A DNA stretch of 64,000 bases from Escherichia coli (GTDB lineage: Bacteria; Pseudomonadota; Gammaproteobacteria; Enterobacterales; Enterobacteriaceae): NCBI GenBank assembly GCA_031701365.1, contig GCA_031701365.1_4118.1; one strand, written 5' to 3'. The first letter of the stretch is position 1, and each line of letters starts with the position of its first letter. The notes beneath the pieces were generated by a model. It saw nothing but the letters and a program-made list of their open reading frames with translations. It did no database searches and was not told the origin of the DNA. Positions 8,112 through 17,681 of the stretch are shown in pieces. Made by a program: the position numbers and the translations under genes.

Positions 8112-8322
8112 TGAACATGGGCTTATAGTAATGGATGTAATCAACATCGAATACAAAAAGTTGATACGCTACCGTTGTTATGAAGATAAGCAACTAGTTC
8201 TAGCAGAACAGAAGTTGTTTCGACTCTTAAACACAAACTACCAAGCACAATACGAAGAATCGTATATGTACCTTTTGGCGAGGAAAGCAAAAAGAGATTA
8301 TGAAAATTTTAAGCAAAGGTGA
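8092..8322 (+). CDS. family A small protein 19
   Basis: LNTNYQAQYE. Confidence 0.6.
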   Translation: MKHLTDDEHGLIVMDVINIEYKKLIRYRCYEDKQLVLAEQKLFRLLNTNYQAQYEESYMYLLARKAKRDYENFKQR

Positions 8323-8521
8323 TTCAGTAATATTACTTATAGAGAGTTCAAGTAAATTCTTAAACATAACACTGTCTGATATAGATGAAGATGATAAAGA
8401 AGTACTGAGAGCAGATTTAAGAGTACTGTTGCATCTCGGAACAAACCTACAAGAAGAATATGTAGAGTACTACATTGATGAACTTAAAGAATCAGTACTG
8501 AGAAGATGCAAATGCGAATGA
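8300..8521 (+). CDS. family A small protein 20
   Basis: LGTNLQEEYV. Confidence 0.6.
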   Translation: MKILSKGDSVILLIESSSKFLNITLSDIDEDDKEVLRADLRVLLHLGTNLQEEYVEYYIDELKESVLRRCKCE

Positions 8522-8733
8522 TTACCGACGAAGAATACCTAACAATTATAAATGGATTGTTTTTGAAGTTGTTTGTTATTAACACATCAGATATACCAGA
8601 TATGGATAAAATTATTAAGAGAAATGAAATCTATGTTCTAGCTACCCTGGGAACTAACTATCAAGAATACGATATTAATGATTATATTAATACACTTAAA
8701 CGAGCGATTGAACTAAAATGCCAAAACCACTAG
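8506..8733 (+). CDS. family A small protein 21
   Basis: LGTNYQEYDI. Confidence 0.6.
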   Translation: MQMRMITDEEYLTIINGLFLKLFVINTSDIPDMDKIIKRNEIYVLATLGTNYQEYDINDYINTLKRAIELKCQNH

Positions 8734-8933
8734 GAACAGCAGAATACATTGAACTCATGGGATTACACTTCTCATCCTTTCAGAAACTTATGCGAGAATC
8801 AAAGAATGATTTAGAATATACCATCAGAGGTTCAGATTTAAGAATGCTTCTCACCCTAGACACAGATTCCCAAGAGCGTTTTGTCAATGAGCACATTAGA
8901 GCACTTTTAATGGAAATTAAAAGTAAACTATGA
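8718..8933 (+). CDS. family A small protein 22
   Basis: LDTDSQERFV..IKSKL. Confidence 0.6.
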   Translation: MPKPLGTAEYIELMGLHFSSFQKLMRESKNDLEYTIRGSDLRMLLTLDTDSQERFVNEHIRALLMEIKSKL

Positions 8934-9145
8934 AGATAATATCAAATCAAGAGTACTTGGCACTATTCAGAAAGAATAATCACAAATTTATGGCACTTGA
9001 TTCAAGAACTGATATAAGTGAACTTGAAAAAAATCTTTTGCGTTCAGAGATGATAGTACTGACACTCTTAGGAACACAGCATCAAGAAAGAACTGTTAAT
9101 TCACACATAGAAATACTTAAGAAGCTTATACAGGAAAAGTTATGA
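8930..9145 (+). CDS. family A small protein 23
   Basis: LGTQHQERTV. Confidence 0.6.
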   Translation: MKIISNQEYLALFRKNNHKFMALDSRTDISELEKNLLRSEMIVLTLLGTQHQERTVNSHIEILKKLIQEKL

Positions 9146-9363
9146 GAATCATAACACAACAAGATATTCTTAAGTTCACAAGGGTTCATGCATCTGAATT
9201 TGATGCTATATTATCAAAAAGTTACAACAACCCTTATACAGAAGATGTACACTACAATGAATTATGGATGTATATACTTTTAGGTACAGATCATCAAGAG
9301 CAAGCCGTACAGAGGTATTTGAGTGCTTTAAGTACTGCTACTGCTAATGGAGTATGTGTTTAA
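9142..9363 (+). CDS. family A small protein 24
   Basis: LGTDHQEQAV. Confidence 0.6.
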   Translation: MRIITQQDILKFTRVHASEFDAILSKSYNNPYTEDVHYNELWMYILLGTDHQEQAVQRYLSALSTATANGVCV

Positions 9364-9364
9364 T

Positions 9365-9607
9365 ATGAAAGTACTGACAGAATTAGAAATGTATCATAGA
9401 TTTAATAAGTACTATCATTTACTTAAACCTATACAGAGGATTAAGTGTCCCTTTGTAGTGAAACAGGTATTAATTTATGAGCATAAGTTATTTGTATCAT
9501 TAGGTACGAATGAACAAGAGTATTATTTGAAGTTGTACTTGATTACATTAATAGATTTAATTCACTATAAAACCAAACAAGCTAATAAAGAGAAATATGA
9601 AAACTAA
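9365..9607 (+). CDS. family A small protein 25
   Basis: LGTNEQEYYL; start ATG 9365 (MKVLTEL). Confidence 0.55.
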   Translation: MKVLTELEMYHRFNKYYHLLKPIQRIKCPFVVKQVLIYEHKLFVSLGTNEQEYYLKLYLITLIDLIHYKTKQANKEKYEN

Positions 9608-9941
9608 TATACAACTCAAGGTATATAAATCATTTGAACATACATATATCAAAAGTAGTCTATGTAGAGATGTAATGGATTACAAGGGTAAGCCATTCAC
9701 AATTACCTATGATTCTTATGTTAGTGATTTATATATATCATTTGTTAATTACGAAAATAAAATATACAAGCACGTTGATATTAAAGATTTAAGTACTTTA
9801 TCACCAGAGGAATACTTTCAGGAATCATTAGTATGGGATTTAGAGTTCCCTATGCCATTAGTACATAAGATGATAGTACTAATGAAAGAATCTAAACAGG
9901 AGCCTAATAGTGGTTATGAAGAACACATTATTGAGTATTAA
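9597..9941 (+). CDS. family B protein 1
   Basis: C-terminal EEYFQESLVWD. Confidence 0.6.
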   Translation: MKTNIQLKVYKSFEHTYIKSSLCRDVMDYKGKPFTITYDSYVSDLYISFVNYENKIYKHVDIKDLSTLSPEEYFQESLVWDLEFPMPLVHKMIVLMKESKQEPNSGYEEHIIEY

Positions 9942-9973
9942 GAGTTCTGATAGTACTGAGAGTACAAATGTTC

Positions 9974-10002
9974 TTGACAGTACTTTTCATTACTGATATA
10001 GT
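9974..10002 (+). promoter_or_regulatory. sigma70-like promoter
   Basis: -35 TTGACA 9974-9979, 17-bp spacer, -10 TATAGT 9997-10002. Confidence 0.45.
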
Positions 10003-10031
10003 GCACCAACGTTAATCATAGGGTACAGATT

Positions 10032-10277
10032 ATGTTAAAATTTTTAAATTTCCTTATCGTCTTGTGTATTGTTCTTGGAATTGCACCGTTTGTATTAGCG
10101 TATCTGGATTCAGATGAAATGCAGAAGATGAATTGCACAAAGACAGGACAGAGTAGAGAAGAGACGGTTATGATGCCTGTAACGGTTATTGTGAATAACA
10201 TACCAATTACGAACATGATTCCTACCCTAACGACAACGTACCAGTACTCTTGTACAGATGGAGAGAGGTGGAGATGA
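10032..10277 (+). CDS. hypothetical small membrane protein
   Basis: Hydrophobic N-terminal segment FLNFLIVLCIVLGIAPFVLAYL; weak RBS. Confidence 0.4.
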   Translation: MLKFLNFLIVLCIVLGIAPFVLAYLDSDEMQKMNCTKTGQSREETVMMPVTVIVNNIPITNMIPTLTTTYQYSCTDGERWR

Positions 10278-10594
10278 AATTTAATATAGCAAAAACATCT
10301 AATATATGTATATTTGGTTATGCCGAAGAGTTGGGTGATATTGACATTCTTTTGTACAAAAAGGATGGTGTTATGCATTTCAAGTACCAGGATGAAGAGG
10401 CAGACAATTATCCTTTACCTAATTTAGTACAAATGCAGGAAGAGGAATTATTCCAGTACAGCTTAGTATATGACATTGATATTTGCACGATGCCAGTACT
10501 AATTAATATTCAAAAAGTGATGCTCGATGTGTTTGATAGGCTAATACAAGGCACACAAGGAAGAACCATATATGTCAATGTACAAGACAATTAA
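10274..10594 (+). CDS. family B protein 2
   Basis: EELFQYSLVYD; start probably ATG 10274 (MKFNIAK). Confidence 0.6.
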   Translation: MKFNIAKTSNICIFGYAEELGDIDILLYKKDGVMHFKYQDEEADNYPLPNLVQMQEEELFQYSLVYDIDICTMPVLINIQKVMLDVFDRLIQGTQGRTIYVNVQDN

Positions 10595-10787
10595 TCAAGA
10601 ATGGAAGACCCAAAAGTACAGGGAATTCAGTACTAGTTTAACAAAAGATGCATTGAATTTAAAAAGAACAGAGTTTGATATGTTTATTTTTCTTGGAACA
10701 CGTTCCCAGGAACAATACATTCATTATTATATAAGTTCATTGCGAACGGAGATCGTATGCAAAACACAGGGTATTATAAAAAAGTAA
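10572..10787 (+). CDS. family A small protein 26 (displaced copy)
   Basis: LGTRSQEQYI. Confidence 0.55.
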   Translation: MSMYKTINQEWKTQKYREFSTSLTKDALNLKRTEFDMFIFLGTRSQEQYIHYYISSLRTEIVCKTQGIIKK

Positions 10788-11023
10788 ACCAATATTTGTA
10801 CGCTACAAAGTACAGGGATTTTTGTTTAAAGGGTGGTGATGAAGATTTTTCTTTGCGATTATCAGAATTTAATCTGTTATTTTATCTTGGTACATCGGAA
10901 CAAGAAGAAATGGCACAGAAATTTATCAAGCACCTTGAACAAAAAATTCATATGCAAATTTTGATGCTTAAGGTACATAATGAGATAAACAAATATGAAC
11001 CCAACAATAGTACAGGATCTTAA
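10757..11023 (+). CDS. family A small protein 27 (displaced copy)
   Basis: LGTSEQEEMA. Confidence 0.5.
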   Translation: MQNTGYYKKVNQYLYATKYRDFCLKGGDEDFSLRLSEFNLLFYLGTSEQEEMAQKFIKHLEQKIHMQILMLKVHNEINKYEPNNSTGS

Positions 11024-11384
11024 ACAAGTAATATTCCTTTTGAATACAAGAAGTGAAATGTATACAGAGTTTAAAGAGATTAATGCATTTTATCAGAATT
11101 TTGTAATTCAAGAGTTCAGTGATTTAATTACAGATGCATTATTTGAATTATCGGAAAAATACAAAGGAACAGAGTTCAGTGTTAAGAATGTATTACGTTC
11201 TTTATCAAAGCGTATAATAAAATTAGATCATTTTACATTTGACAATAAAGATTTATTCAGTCACAATCCAAGTACAGCTTTATATTTTATTCCTGATTCA
11301 GACAAAAATCATCCTATTCATTACGGATGGATTTTGTCGTACATAGTACAAGGAAAGGAGTATCCTATTAAATGGAACGATTAG
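10995..11384 (+). CDS. family B-like protein 3 (divergent)
   Basis: AFYQNFVIQE variant motif; placement in family tentative. Confidence 0.45.
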   Translation: MNPTIVQDLKQVIFLLNTRSEMYTEFKEINAFYQNFVIQEFSDLITDALFELSEKYKGTEFSVKNVLRSLSKRIIKLDHFTFDNKDLFSHNPSTALYFIPDSDKNHPIHYGWILSYIVQGKEYPIKWND

Positions 11385-11741
11385 GGCGATTAGATTATTA
11401 CACAATTAATACAAATTATTTGTTGCGTAATATAAAATCCGATTACAAAATATGGATAAAGAACAGAGATAGTATGTGTTATGAATTTTATTTAGATTAT
11501 GCCATCAAACGCTTTTTAAGAGAAGAACATTAATGCACACACCGCACAAAGAGCACACAGAGCACAAAAATACAAAAACGATAAATGTTTTAAATGATTC
11601 TTTATTGGTGAGTATAAATTTATATTATAAAATTCATTTAAATGGTGGTATTGAAAATTTTAGTTATTATTTGAGTACAATATCGCAAGAGCATTTAATA
11701 TACCAAGATCATTTATTGCACCCGAATCCATAAGGCGAATT

Positions 11742-12287
11742 ATGAATGAGATAGAATTATTAGCACACAAGATTAGTACAATAATGCTTATCCTAAATAA
11801 CAACCATCCTATATCGCAGATAGATGGAATCCTGAGTCAGAGGACAGGTGGTAGTTTATATTTGACATTAACAGAGGTTATCGCAAGGAATTACATTGAT
11901 ATTGAAATCGAGAACAGTGATGCATCAGGAAAGGTTGATGTAGGTGCATTAATCAGTTCAAATCCAGTATCAGCATCCCCATTGACCAAAGGTGTTAGTA
12001 CAGGATTCGAAGGGTATTTGTGGTACAATACCAATGATGATTATTTTATATATCAGCATTCCAATACAAATTATGATGAAGACAAATTTCAGTTCATAGA
12101 CCCTTATGATGAAGCTGAAGTATTTCAAAAATCATTAATCACAAAACCGCATGAGATGATGTATCTAATGTTATTCAGTACAATGCATTTGAATCCATTA
12201 ATTAAAGGTTTAAAATTTTATATTCAATTGAAATTAGTCCATGTAGTTTATGATTTATTAATGCAAGGATATAGTTATGAAGTATAA
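11742..12287 (+). CDS. family B protein 4
   Basis: AEVFQKSLITK. Confidence 0.6.
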   Translation: MNEIELLAHKISTIMLILNNNHPISQIDGILSQRTGGSLYLTLTEVIARNYIDIEIENSDASGKVDVGALISSNPVSASPLTKGVSTGFEGYLWYNTNDDYFIYQHSNTNYDEDKFQFIDPYDEAEVFQKSLITKPHEMMYLMLFSTMHLNPLIKGLKFYIQLKLVHVVYDLLMQGYSYEV

Positions 12288-12588
12288 AATGATGTATACC
12301 CCAGATATGATTTATGTTGAATTAGAAGATGATGACGATGGGTGGAATTTGATTTATTCAAGAAGTTCAGGTTGGTACATGGCACATTTAAATGATTCGA
12401 TAGTTACAGATTATTTTGTAGATTTCAATACATTATCCGATGAAGAATTGTTCCAACAGCAATTAGTAATTGACACGGGTGGTTATGATGTTTTATTATT
12501 AAAAAAGATACAGAAAGCTGTTATTGATTTTAAGCCCAAGATGTTGCAAAGGAAATATTATGACCTCGAAGTACCGTACCAGCAATGA
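12277..12588 (+). CDS. family B protein 5
   Basis: EELFQQQLVID. Confidence 0.6.
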   Translation: MKYKMMYTPDMIYVELEDDDDGWNLIYSRSSGWYMAHLNDSIVTDYFVDFNTLSDEELFQQQLVIDTGGYDVLLLKKIQKAVIDFKPKMLQRKYYDLEVPYQQ

Positions 12589-13126
12589 AATTCAGTACAC
12601 CTACGCTAATGCAATCATTATGGGACAAAAGTTAGCTTGTATTGTTGCAGCCTTATATAATGCCCAGAAATATCACAAGCGTCATTTCCACAAATGTATT
12701 GGTATTATTCCATCGAAGTACAATACATATATTGCGTGCACGAGTCATTTTGATAAACGATTCAATACACCTGATACCCCAAATGCCAGTAGTGTTATTG
12801 GTCTTTTGGATTTCGCACCTGGTGCTGTTATTGGAAAGAATGATTTAGAGTACGCATGGTATAATAAAAATGCACCGTTAGTAATGGTAAAATATGATAC
12901 AGAAACGAACAAAACAATAGAGTACAATACATATAAATCAGAGGAAGAATTTTTCCAAGGTTCATTGCTTGTGCCAGTGCGTTTGTTGTTTTATAATGTC
13001 CTTATTAGTACAGTACACAATAGTCCATTACACAAGAATCACAAAATTAATTTCAATTTTTGTGCTTATGCGATTGATGGTGTGTATGAGTGTTTAATGG
13101 AGGTATTGAGTTATGAAGCTGAATAA
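12560..13126 (+). CDS. family B protein 6
   Basis: EEFFQGSLLVP; start ATG 12560 after AAAGGA. Confidence 0.6.
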   Translation: MTSKYRTSNEIQYTYANAIIMGQKLACIVAALYNAQKYHKRHFHKCIGIIPSKYNTYIACTSHFDKRFNTPDTPNASSVIGLLDFAPGAVIGKNDLEYAWYNKNAPLVMVKYDTETNKTIEYNTYKSEEEFFQGSLLVPVRLLFYNVLISTVHNSPLHKNHKINFNFCAYAIDGVYECLMEVLSYEAE

Positions 13127-13454
13127 TACATTTGATATTAATAAGTTAAGAGAATGGTTTTATAGTATTGAAATTGAAGCCATCCCGTATCATAGATATG
13201 AACAATATAATTTAACCAGTATTGATATCAGTGAGTTGTACGCGTATTATCAAAGTGCATTAGAGATGCATAAGTTATTTTTGAGTACAGATTTTGTTCT
13301 AAATTACAATTTTGAGGAATTTAATAATTATAATTTAGTACAGAAATATGTAGTAGCAAAGTATATGTACCTTCAAGGAATTACAAGTAATTTGGAATTC
13401 AATACAGTCCTTGCTTTAGTTGAGGTAATTTTATGCAGTACATGTATGATTTAG
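13113..13454 (+). CDS. family B-like protein 7 (divergent)
   Basis: YAYYQSALEMH variant. Confidence 0.45.
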   Translation: MKLNNTFDINKLREWFYSIEIEAIPYHRYEQYNLTSIDISELYAYYQSALEMHKLFLSTDFVLNYNFEEFNNYNLVQKYVVAKYMYLQGITSNLEFNTVLALVEVILCSTCMI

Positions 13455-13939
13455 AGTTTAGTTTAGATGCTGCCTTTAAATTTGTTCACAAGATAGAAAC
13501 AATATACAGTACATTATGTGCAATAAAATCAGTAACAGAAGAGCTTGATGTTGGTGAAAAATATCAGGTATGGAATAATACATTTCTAAACAAAGAACGT
13601 TGCTCTACGGGGTTTAATATTTTAACATTTAATCCCAGCAATTGTTACCCAGAGAAGCATGAACGTTATCCGAATGACGACATGTGGTTTGATTACACAA
13701 AAGATGGTGATATGTCATCCCTTGTAGTTCCTGATGATTTTAATGCCGAAGATTTAACGGAAGAGTGGTGGTTTCAACAGAATTTAGTACACGATGATAT
13801 TGATTTATTTTTTTATGTAGTATTTAAAATGCTTTACCACAACAATATATTAAAAGATAGTGTGTTTTTTTCATGTCTATATATTGATGATTTGTACAAT
13901 GAAATCCAAATCAACATACCCAGAACGCCTGTATCGTAA
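13433..13939 (+). CDS. family B protein 8
   Basis: EEWWFQQNLVHD. Confidence 0.6.
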   Translation: MQYMYDLEFSLDAAFKFVHKIETIYSTLCAIKSVTEELDVGEKYQVWNNTFLNKERCSTGFNILTFNPSNCYPEKHERYPNDDMWFDYTKDGDMSSLVVPDDFNAEDLTEEWWFQQNLVHDDIDLFFYVVFKMLYHNNILKDSVFFSCLYIDDLYNEIQINIPRTPVS

Positions 13940-13964
13940 GATATGGGCTTTTTTCGTTTTGGTA

Positions 13965-13993
13965 TTGACAAAGAAGTGCAAAGCTGTTATCAT
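13965..13993 (+). promoter_or_regulatory. sigma70-like promoter
   Basis: -35 TTGACA 13965-13970, 17-bp spacer, -10 TATCAT. Confidence 0.4.
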
Positions 13994-14021
13994 GTGTAAT
14001 CATTTTAAAGGAGAACATATA

Positions 14022-14534
14022 GTGAGTTTCATAATCCCAAGTACATACGAAGATGCATCAAGTGCAGTTCATAAGATTCATTATATTTTTAATTTAATTA
14101 TTAGATCTGCAAAAATTAAAATGTATGCACCTCTTGTGACAAATAATCGAAATGAAGAAATTTTTATTAGCACAGACAAAATTATTTTTCCATATTTCAA
14201 TGAAGATAGATTGTGGTTCATACATTTAGCTGCATTACAAAAATATAAGATGTCAATTCGTAATAATTTGGATATACCGTTATATCATCCTGATATTGGA
14301 GAGGATGAATATTTTCAGTACAGTACAGTACACCGCCATGAAGATATCTTTGTTGCTATGCTTATTGCTAAATTGAATACCGTTGATTTGGAGCAGTACA
14401 AATACAATAATAAATCATGTAAGATCATAATCCCTGCATTCATAGCTCTTTATGATTATGTGGTGCATAACAAAAAAGATGATACATATGCTTTCAATGA
14501 AGAGTATTTGAATTTTTTTAAGGAGAACATATGA
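14022..14534 (+). CDS. family B protein 9 (GTG start)
   Basis: DEYFQYSTVHR; AAAGGAG RBS 8 nt upstream of in-frame GTG 14022; ORF track gives 13860. Confidence 0.55.
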   Translation: MSFIIPSTYEDASSAVHKIHYIFNLIIRSAKIKMYAPLVTNNRNEEIFISTDKIIFPYFNEDRLWFIHLAALQKYKMSIRNNLDIPLYHPDIGEDEYFQYSTVHRHEDIFVAMLIAKLNTVDLEQYKYNNKSCKIIIPAFIALYDYVVHNKKDDTYAFNEEYLNFFKENI

Positions 14535-15058
14535 GCAGTGAAGTGCTGAAATCAATGACATTCAATGAAATTGGTACATTTAAAGATAAGATCATTGATT
14601 GCATTGAATACATGATTTGTAGTAATATCGAAAGTATCGAGATATTTAACAAGACAAATCGCTCTTACCATATGATGTACATTGCAAACAATAATGGTAT
14701 CATTCCATTTATTTCGGATAGTACAATATGGTACGCATGTGATACGAAAAAAACCACAATAGGTTTACATTCATTTGAGACACATTATGATCTAATTATT
14801 CCTGAACATTGTATGCAAGAAGAAGAATATTTTCAAATGCAATGTATACATTCACCATTAGTGTTGTTTAGTTTATATATTATACCTTATATCACCAAAT
14901 GTGTTCATGAGAATAAAGCTCCGTGGAATCATGAATTTGTATCGTTGAAGTTATTGTATAATGTATTAGTAGAATATTATGATTACAGGCACAATGGTAC
15001 AATCAGTGATGTATGGGATTTTGAATCGCTAAGGGTGAAAACATACACAGGTGAATGA
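14531..15058 (+). CDS. family B protein 10
   Basis: EEYFQMQCIHS; AAGGAG RBS. Confidence 0.6.
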   Translation: MSSEVLKSMTFNEIGTFKDKIIDCIEYMICSNIESIEIFNKTNRSYHMMYIANNNGIIPFISDSTIWYACDTKKTTIGLHSFETHYDLIIPEHCMQEEEYFQMQCIHSPLVLFSLYIIPYITKCVHENKAPWNHEFVSLKLLYNVLVEYYDYRHNGTISDVWDFESLRVKTYTGE

Positions 15059-15674
15059 TATGACCAGAATTAAAATGTATGATTTGATGCAGTACAGTAA
15101 AATTGCCATTCCAGTGCTTAATAAAGTGCTGGATGCATTCATTGCCAAATACCCTGAGAATTCAGTGTTATGTATTCCATTTAGTGTTCCAGATAAAGAT
15201 GATATATTCCAAGTGAATGTCAGTACACGTGGTATTACATTGCAGCAGAAATACATGGATACGGAATATTATGGAATAAAGTTGGATTCAGTACAGGGTT
15301 CAAAATCAGCCTATGATTTTTTTGTTCCTAATAACATCGAGTCATGGGAAACAAACATTTCAAAGAAAGATGAAAATGATGTTCCTATTAGTGGTGTGTT
15401 CAACAATAAAGTTTTTTATTATTACGAAACCGACAAATTCCCTGAAGAGTTATATTACAATTCAGAAATGAATGAAGATGTAGATGCATTCATGTTTCAA
15501 TTATCTTTAGTACATGATATCATTGATGTTCAAGAGTTAAGAGCAGAAATCAATTTAGCTAAAGAGTTATCGGACATGCTGCCACCGTTTAGTATGCTTT
15601 TTTGTGAAGGAGGTTATTTTTCAAAAGAAGTGTTTGAACATTTCGTAGATGTTGTAAAAGGGTTGGATATATAG
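15051..15674 (+). CDS. family B protein 11
   Basis: DAFMFQLSLVHD. Confidence 0.6.
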   Translation: MNDMTRIKMYDLMQYSKIAIPVLNKVLDAFIAKYPENSVLCIPFSVPDKDDIFQVNVSTRGITLQQKYMDTEYYGIKLDSVQGSKSAYDFFVPNNIESWETNISKKDENDVPISGVFNNKVFYYYETDKFPEELYYNSEMNEDVDAFMFQLSLVHDIIDVQELRAEINLAKELSDMLPPFSMLFCEGGYFSKEVFEHFVDVVKGLDI

Positions 15675-15675
15675 T

Positions 15676-15870
15676 ATGCTTATAATTGATATTAAACAAA
15701 AATACCGTAAGTTTGATTGGTTCACCGATAGTTTCCAGCTTGAATTATTACATATGAATATCAGTGAAACATTATGTGCAGAAACACAAGATGAATTTGA
15801 TGATAGAGTGATGAACATAGTAATGCTTTCTTGCTTTAAACATTTTGGTTATTTTTTCGGGCAGAATTGA
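15676..15870 (+). CDS. hypothetical small protein (weak family B-like FQLELL)
   Basis: 64-aa ORF; ATGA-type junction. Confidence 0.4.
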   Translation: MLIIDIKQKYRKFDWFTDSFQLELLHMNISETLCAETQDEFDDRVMNIVMLSCFKHFGYFFGQN

Positions 15871-15877
15871 GGTAAAA

Positions 15878-16393
15878 ATGCATCAACACAAGCATCATTC
15901 ATATGATTTTGCAATTAACATTATGAAGTTTATTCGAGCGTTGGAGGATGGGAAGCTTAGTCATAAGTACAGGAAAGAGGGTAACAATTGGTTCAGAAAT
16001 GATTCCGAGTTCAGTTGTCATAAAATCGTGTATAGTAATCAGTACAGTGCCAATTACCTACAAGATGTAGTGATGTGTTTTGAATACGTGTTGCAGTTCA
16101 GGGGTTCAATCCAAGATGAGTTGATGGAGAACATGTACATCCGATACCTTCCAATGCTCAAAGATGAAAATGTATTATTAAATTCAATATATCAACGAGT
16201 TCGTGAAATAGAGTGCAGGGATATATTAGATACAGAAGAATCGTATTTCCAGCAATCCCTGATTTATTCACCTGATTTATTACAGGTACATAATTTGTTT
16301 AATACATTACGTCAGAACATCAGTACAGACATATTTTTGTCATTATCGGATTATGATACATTTGTCAAAGATTTAGAGGAAATAGGTTTATGA
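15878..16393 (+). CDS. family B protein 12
   Basis: ESYFQQSLIYS; start ATG 15878 after GAGG. Confidence 0.6.
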   Translation: MHQHKHHSYDFAINIMKFIRALEDGKLSHKYRKEGNNWFRNDSEFSCHKIVYSNQYSANYLQDVVMCFEYVLQFRGSIQDELMENMYIRYLPMLKDENVLLNSIYQRVREIECRDILDTEESYFQQSLIYSPDLLQVHNLFNTLRQNISTDIFLSLSDYDTFVKDLEEIGL

Positions 16394-16734
16394 GTAGATT
16401 TTCAGTTTATATAGTAAACGTCAGTAAAGATGGTAGTTTAATTGAATTTGATGTAGTTGATAACAATGATAATTCATATGGTATTAAGGTACAGGACAAT
16501 GATGTGCAGTTCAGTACAAGAACAAATTTTGAAAATCCAGTCCAAGTTCCTAATTTCATAGAAGATGAAGCAGCACGTTTCCAATACGAAACGGCATATG
16601 ACAATGTACATATGCATATTATTATGCAAACGAGTTTAGTTCAATTAGTTCCTTTGTTCAGACAAAATATATATGTACATGAAGTGTCGATTAATGGCAT
16701 TCAAAGTTCCGTTTTGTTCGATACAAATATGTAA
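16390..16734 (+). CDS. family B protein 13
   Basis: AARFQYETAYD. Confidence 0.55.
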   Translation: MSRFSVYIVNVSKDGSLIEFDVVDNNDNSYGIKVQDNDVQFSTRTNFENPVQVPNFIEDEAARFQYETAYDNVHMHIIMQTSLVQLVPLFRQNIYVHEVSINGIQSSVLFDTNM

Positions 16735-16744
16735 GGAAAGTACA

Positions 16745-17296
16745 ATGAGTTCAATGAGTTTATTAGATACATTAGAAAAAGACAGAAGTGCAATTAAGCG
16801 TTTAAAAGAGCAAGTACAAAAGATTGTATACAACGTTGATAAGTTTGAGGTTCCCGGAAGATTTGGTGATATTTCCCATACGGAGATCAAATCCCTTAAG
16901 TCAGATTTGTTGATTAAAAATAAAAATGGGTTGATTTTAGTTTTGAGTTCAGATATGATGGGGGCAACACATAGTTATAATGCCGTATCGGTGCGTTCCG
17001 AGTGTGAAGGTATATATCTATCACAGGGTTTCAATAGCGAGACACAGGTTTGTTTTTGTGATGCAGTACATGACCCTATGAAGTTCACGAGAAGTGAAGC
17101 CCAAGCGTTATTAGAGCTATCAGACGAGAGTTTGTTTCAGTACAGTACAATGTATGACAATGATAAGATTCGTTGTATGTACGCTGTAAAGCATTATACA
17201 CAGGAGTTTTCTGGATTTGCATACCTTTTAGTTAGAACCAATACCAGATATATTGATATGTTAGAAGATTACATCGATAAAGTTGTTAATGTATGA
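16745..17296 (+). CDS. family B protein 14
   Basis: ESLFQYSTMYD; start ATG 16745 after AAGGA. Confidence 0.6.
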   Translation: MSSMSLLDTLEKDRSAIKRLKEQVQKIVYNVDKFEVPGRFGDISHTEIKSLKSDLLIKNKNGLILVLSSDMMGATHSYNAVSVRSECEGIYLSQGFNSETQVCFCDAVHDPMKFTRSEAQALLELSDESLFQYSTMYDNDKIRCMYAVKHYTQEFSGFAYLLVRTNTRYIDMLEDYIDKVVNV

Positions 17297-17308
17297 TTTT
17301 GTGATGGG

Positions 17309-17488
17309 ATGATGCTAATGAAAGAGTTATTTGAAGATCAGTTCAATACATATGTGGATAATATTCTTTATTCCAGTCGTGCCAGTCAACGAGGAAATCG
17401 TGCTTACAATATTGATTACCTATTAGTGGTGCTGAGTTCACAGTACACCAATGCGGTACAAAGGGTTTATTATGAAAAGTGCAAGTAA
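17309..17488 (+). CDS. hypothetical small protein (59 aa, not in ORF track)
   Basis: Hand-translated MMLMKELFEDQF...VYYEKCK. Confidence 0.35.
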   Translation: MMLMKELFEDQFNTYVDNILYSSRASQRGNRAYNIDYLLVVLSSQYTNAVQRVYYEKCK

Positions 17489-17681
17489 TAGTGATATTGC
17501 AAAGGAGAAGTTTAAGTGCAGTTTAGATTACGGTTTAAATAATTTTCTTACATGCACAATGTACAGGGATGATGATTATGAACAATCCGTAATTTCGTTG
17601 CACAGATATTTCGAAATAATTTACGCAAGATATCTTAGAAGGTTAGATGGGATAGGGGATTGGAATTATGATTACGTTTGA
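17472..17681 (+). CDS. hypothetical small protein
   Basis: ORF 17451-17681; likely start ATG 17472. Confidence 0.4.
   Translation: MKSASNSDIAKEKFKCSLDYGLNNFLTCTMYRDDDYEQSVISLHRYFEIIYARYLRRLDGIGDWNYDYV

Noticed and set aside
4164-9607. Regular roughly 200-230 bp periodicity that might suggest a CRISPR array or satellite repeat
   Set aside because: The repeat units are protein-coding paralogs with conserved amino-acid motifs and divergent nucleotide sequence; there are no short identical direct repeats separated by unique spacers.
11533-11733. 66-aa ORF beginning MHTPHKEHTEHKNTKT
   Set aside because: Arises from a CACA/GAGCACA low-complexity stretch in an intergenic gap and has no RBS or family motif.
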